Source: Eutreptiella sp. 'Long Island Sound 2002'
Lineage: Eukaryota > Protista > Euglenida
DNA length: 64,000 nt
Direction of reading: 5' to 3'
NCBI GenBank assembly: GCA_964036045.1
Contig: OZ038378.1
Coordinates: 180,792,001 to 180,856,000 of the forward strand
Shown here: in pieces, positions 61,232 to 64,000 of the stretch
Layout of the letters: every line of letters begins with the position of its first letter
How positions within the stretch are numbered: position 1 is the stretch's first letter
The notes under the pieces: generated by a model
Seen by the model: only the letters and a program-made list of their open reading frames with translations
The model's database searches: none
Told to the model about the DNA's origin: nothing
Position numbers and translations under genes: made by a program

Positions 61232-61608
61232 ATGTCTTCATACAAATTCACGCCACGGGCTGTTGCTTCCCCGGATGCACCACAAAAGCCGTTGACGCGC
61301 AAAAGGGCGCGCTCCGGGGGTGCAGAGTGGGTTCAGGTATCTCGGCATGAGCCTGGTAGCCAGGCAAAAAAGCCCCGTACCTCCGCAAGGTGCGGTTGAT
61401 CAAACAATGAAACGTGGATCTCACAACCGATGGCCTGTGGGCCATGCCCCTTAACGAAGGTTGGGTGCCAGTGAAGGCACGGAGGTTGCAGGATTGGCAA
61501 AAATTGAAGAAATATGTCTCTGTCCACAAACAGGGGGATGTCTGCCCTAATGGGGTTCCAGCCCTGCCTGAAAAAAGGAATGCTGACGATAACAGTGATT
61601 CTGAATAA
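61232..61608 (+). pseudogene. Small disrupted ORF (~125 aa if repaired) behind a strong splice-acceptor-like site
   Basis: CTCTTTTTTTCAACAG-GCAGCTGCC-ATG. MSSYKFTPRAVASPDAPQK... appears to continue, via a frameshift in the A6 run and one stop, into NVDLTTDGLWAMPLNEGWVPVKARRLQDWQKLKKY...DDNSDSE. Confidence 0.35.
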
Positions 61609-64000
61609 AAATGGATGAACGGTGCAGTGCCATGTTTGTGTGCACCGTCCAATGTGCAGTGCTTCGCTGAAAAATGGCAACCCCCCCCCCCCAAAAACCC
61701 ATACATTTCTGAAATGGCCTTTTCTTGCAGATTTCAAAAAGTATACACATCCCCCCCCCCCCACCCCGGGTGACGACATGTTTGCACATGGAAGCAAAAG
61801 TTGTAGAAATTGCCGAAAAGTGCTAAAACCCAGAAAGTTGGCATATTATGAATGTCCCCGAGAGATATTGCCCCTGTGCCTCATTCTGCCTCTGCTTTCA
61901 CCAACTCTGTGCCCCACACCTGCTGCCCCCTGTCCCCAGCCCCATTGCCTCTGTGCCCACCCCCAACACCTCTGCCCCAACCCCACTGCCCACGTGCAAC
62001 AAATACTTTGCAGTTTGTGTCCAAGGCCCCTAGCACAATGTAAAGTCACAGGTCAGTGTCGTTCAGGCCGTTGCCCAGTATGGGGGAGTGAGTAGCTCTG
62101 AGAATGAGGGTTCCTACTGAGTTGCCCAAAGGGGTTGGGTGGGTCCTATGAGACCCAGCCACCCCCACCCCTGTGCCCAACACCCCCCTGTGCTTGTTCC
62201 CCCCAACCCCACTGCCTCTGCCTCTATGTCCCAGCCCCACCACCCCTGTGCCCAACACTGTGCTTGTAGCCCCACCCCCACTGCCTCTGCCTCTTCACAA
62301 GGTGTCATCTATTCAGAGCATGCCAGCTGCTCATGTTTCAAAGGACCTGAGGGCAAGGCAGTGAGGGTGAAGCCCATAGGAAACTGGGGTGGACAAGCAA
62401 ACTGGCACAACACAACTGTCACAACCATTTGGTTTAGGGAGAACATGGTGCAGAAAAGCATTGCTGAGCACATCAGAATTTGTGTGTAATCGTGTTCATG
62501 TTTGGCTTGCTATGCCTTACCACATTGGCCTTGAGGTAACACTTGAAGGTGTAGAAAGTGCCTCACATGTTTTGAGTGGTCACACCATCTAACAATTGTG
62601 ACTCAGTGTATCCCATCCTTGATGAAGAGACCACATTTTTTGTACATGGTGGTCCAAGCTACACCACCTGGCAGTGGCAACTTTTCCAACACTACTCTGA
62701 ACTTCTGTTGGAAGCAAAGGACTCTCCTGAGCTCATGTTGCAATACAAAATGGCCGACAATTCAATCCCAGTACGATTCCCAAATGTGAAGGGTCTGAAA
62801 TGCCATCCTCATTCGTGCGCAAAGGTAACGGGAGACAGCGGAGAAAAATTGCAACCCGTGCTCAACACTATGGCCATGTATCAATCGTCCACCATATCTT
62901 GCTACTTTTATGTGGCATGGAAGGTCCTGCTGGCCATGTCGCAGTGTTTTCCACTAAACAGCATTTTTTCCATCTGGATGTTACCATTTGTTGCAAGGGT
63001 TTCTCTTGATCCGTCTGCTATCATCAACTTCACTTTGCATGCTTCCTGGTATTATGGCACTGTGCATGTGCTTTGTCTTTTGATTGACCACCAATTGTGC
63101 AGTGGCTTCAAATGCAAGGCAGTCCCAGGGAGGGGTGGGGGGGGGGGGCGCCCCGCCAGCGCCCTATTCTCCTCAGATGATCTGTTGGACACCACCAGTC
63201 GCTTACCCTTGCCCTTTCCTAAATTTGCTTTGATAGGCCCCTAATCTTTGATCGTGGCCTCCTGGCGACATGTGCTTTGTGCATGCTTCGGAGTCCAGGG
63301 CAAGTTCCACAAAAGGAGTTCCTCCTTGCGGTCTCATTGGTCGGAACGGTAACCCCAACCTGAGCCAGGGTGTAGTCGGTTGGCATGGTTGCTCATTGCG
63401 CATTTGCTTTTTGGTCTGCCATTGAAACTGGTAGTAGCGGTGGTACATGGGCCATGGTGAAATAAACCATAGTCGGGGATGGATGCTAAGGTAGCTTTGT
63501 TGTTGGACCTACGGGAAATAACATACACATGCAGGCGAACAAGCAGGCTGAATGAGAACGGAATATCGATATGCAGTTCTGTGCGACAGATGTGCACATA
63601 TGCATAGCCTCGCAAAGGCGTTATAATGGAAACCTCCTCAACATGGGAGGATAGAGTGTTATGGCACATAAAATTGTCCGACTGACATAAACAAGGGCAG
63701 ACAAAAGTACCCGGCACAGGCAGGGGGTGCATGTGTGTGTGCATGGCCAGATGTGATGATGTGATGCGAAGCTGGTGGTTCATGCCATATGATATGAAGA
63801 TCTTGGATTCAGGCTTTCGGAATTGCACTGCACGCTCGTGCACCAACATCTTGTACAGGATAGACTCGCTCCAAAAAAACCTAGAATCACAACCTTCACG
63901 TGCAATGACGAGGTGGAACCTGCCCCACGTCTGTCCTCCGTACCGCTGGCATGTCTTTGGGTGGTAGCACTGTACCAGGAGGCAACGGTTGATGGGCAGT

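Noticed and set aside
62576-63244. 222-aa plus-strand ORF as a gene
   Set aside because: No recognisable motif, no GC3 bias like the real exons, and no convincing splice sites.

Overview
Eukaryotic nuclear DNA, not prokaryotic: GC3-rich exons separated by multi-kb repeat-filled introns, many G/C homopolymer runs, and a 200-N assembly gap at 17744-17943. A euglenid-type protist is my guess from the repeat style and splice-acceptor-like AGs just upstream of start codons; that assignment is inference only. I reconstructed three co-oriented minus-strand genes by hand from canonical GT-AG junctions with consistent reading phase. (1) A 3-exon, 883-aa secreted GH95 (alpha-L-fucosidase)-like glycoside hydrolase at 60588-49810, whose catalytic motifs look substituted. 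(2) A probably single-exon 176-aa secreted Cys-containing protein at 45652-45122. (3) A giant gene of at least 17 exons and over 1,900 aa, from 41621 to beyond the left edge, encoding a modular extracellular protein with MAM-like, Cys-rich, PAN/Apple-like and beta-propeller-like segments. One of its introns holds an intact tRNA-Asn(GTT). Introns and spacers contain a decayed APE-type LINE, an RNase H1-like fragment, a 1.3-1.4 kb repeat in two copies (one flanked by a 15-bp direct repeat), poly-G-capped MITE-like elements, two near-perfect long inverted repeats, a 12-unit 50-bp hairpin minisatellite and a ~350-bp tandem array. No CRISPR-Cas or bacterial operon is supported. Domain names come from motif recognition by eye, not from database searches.
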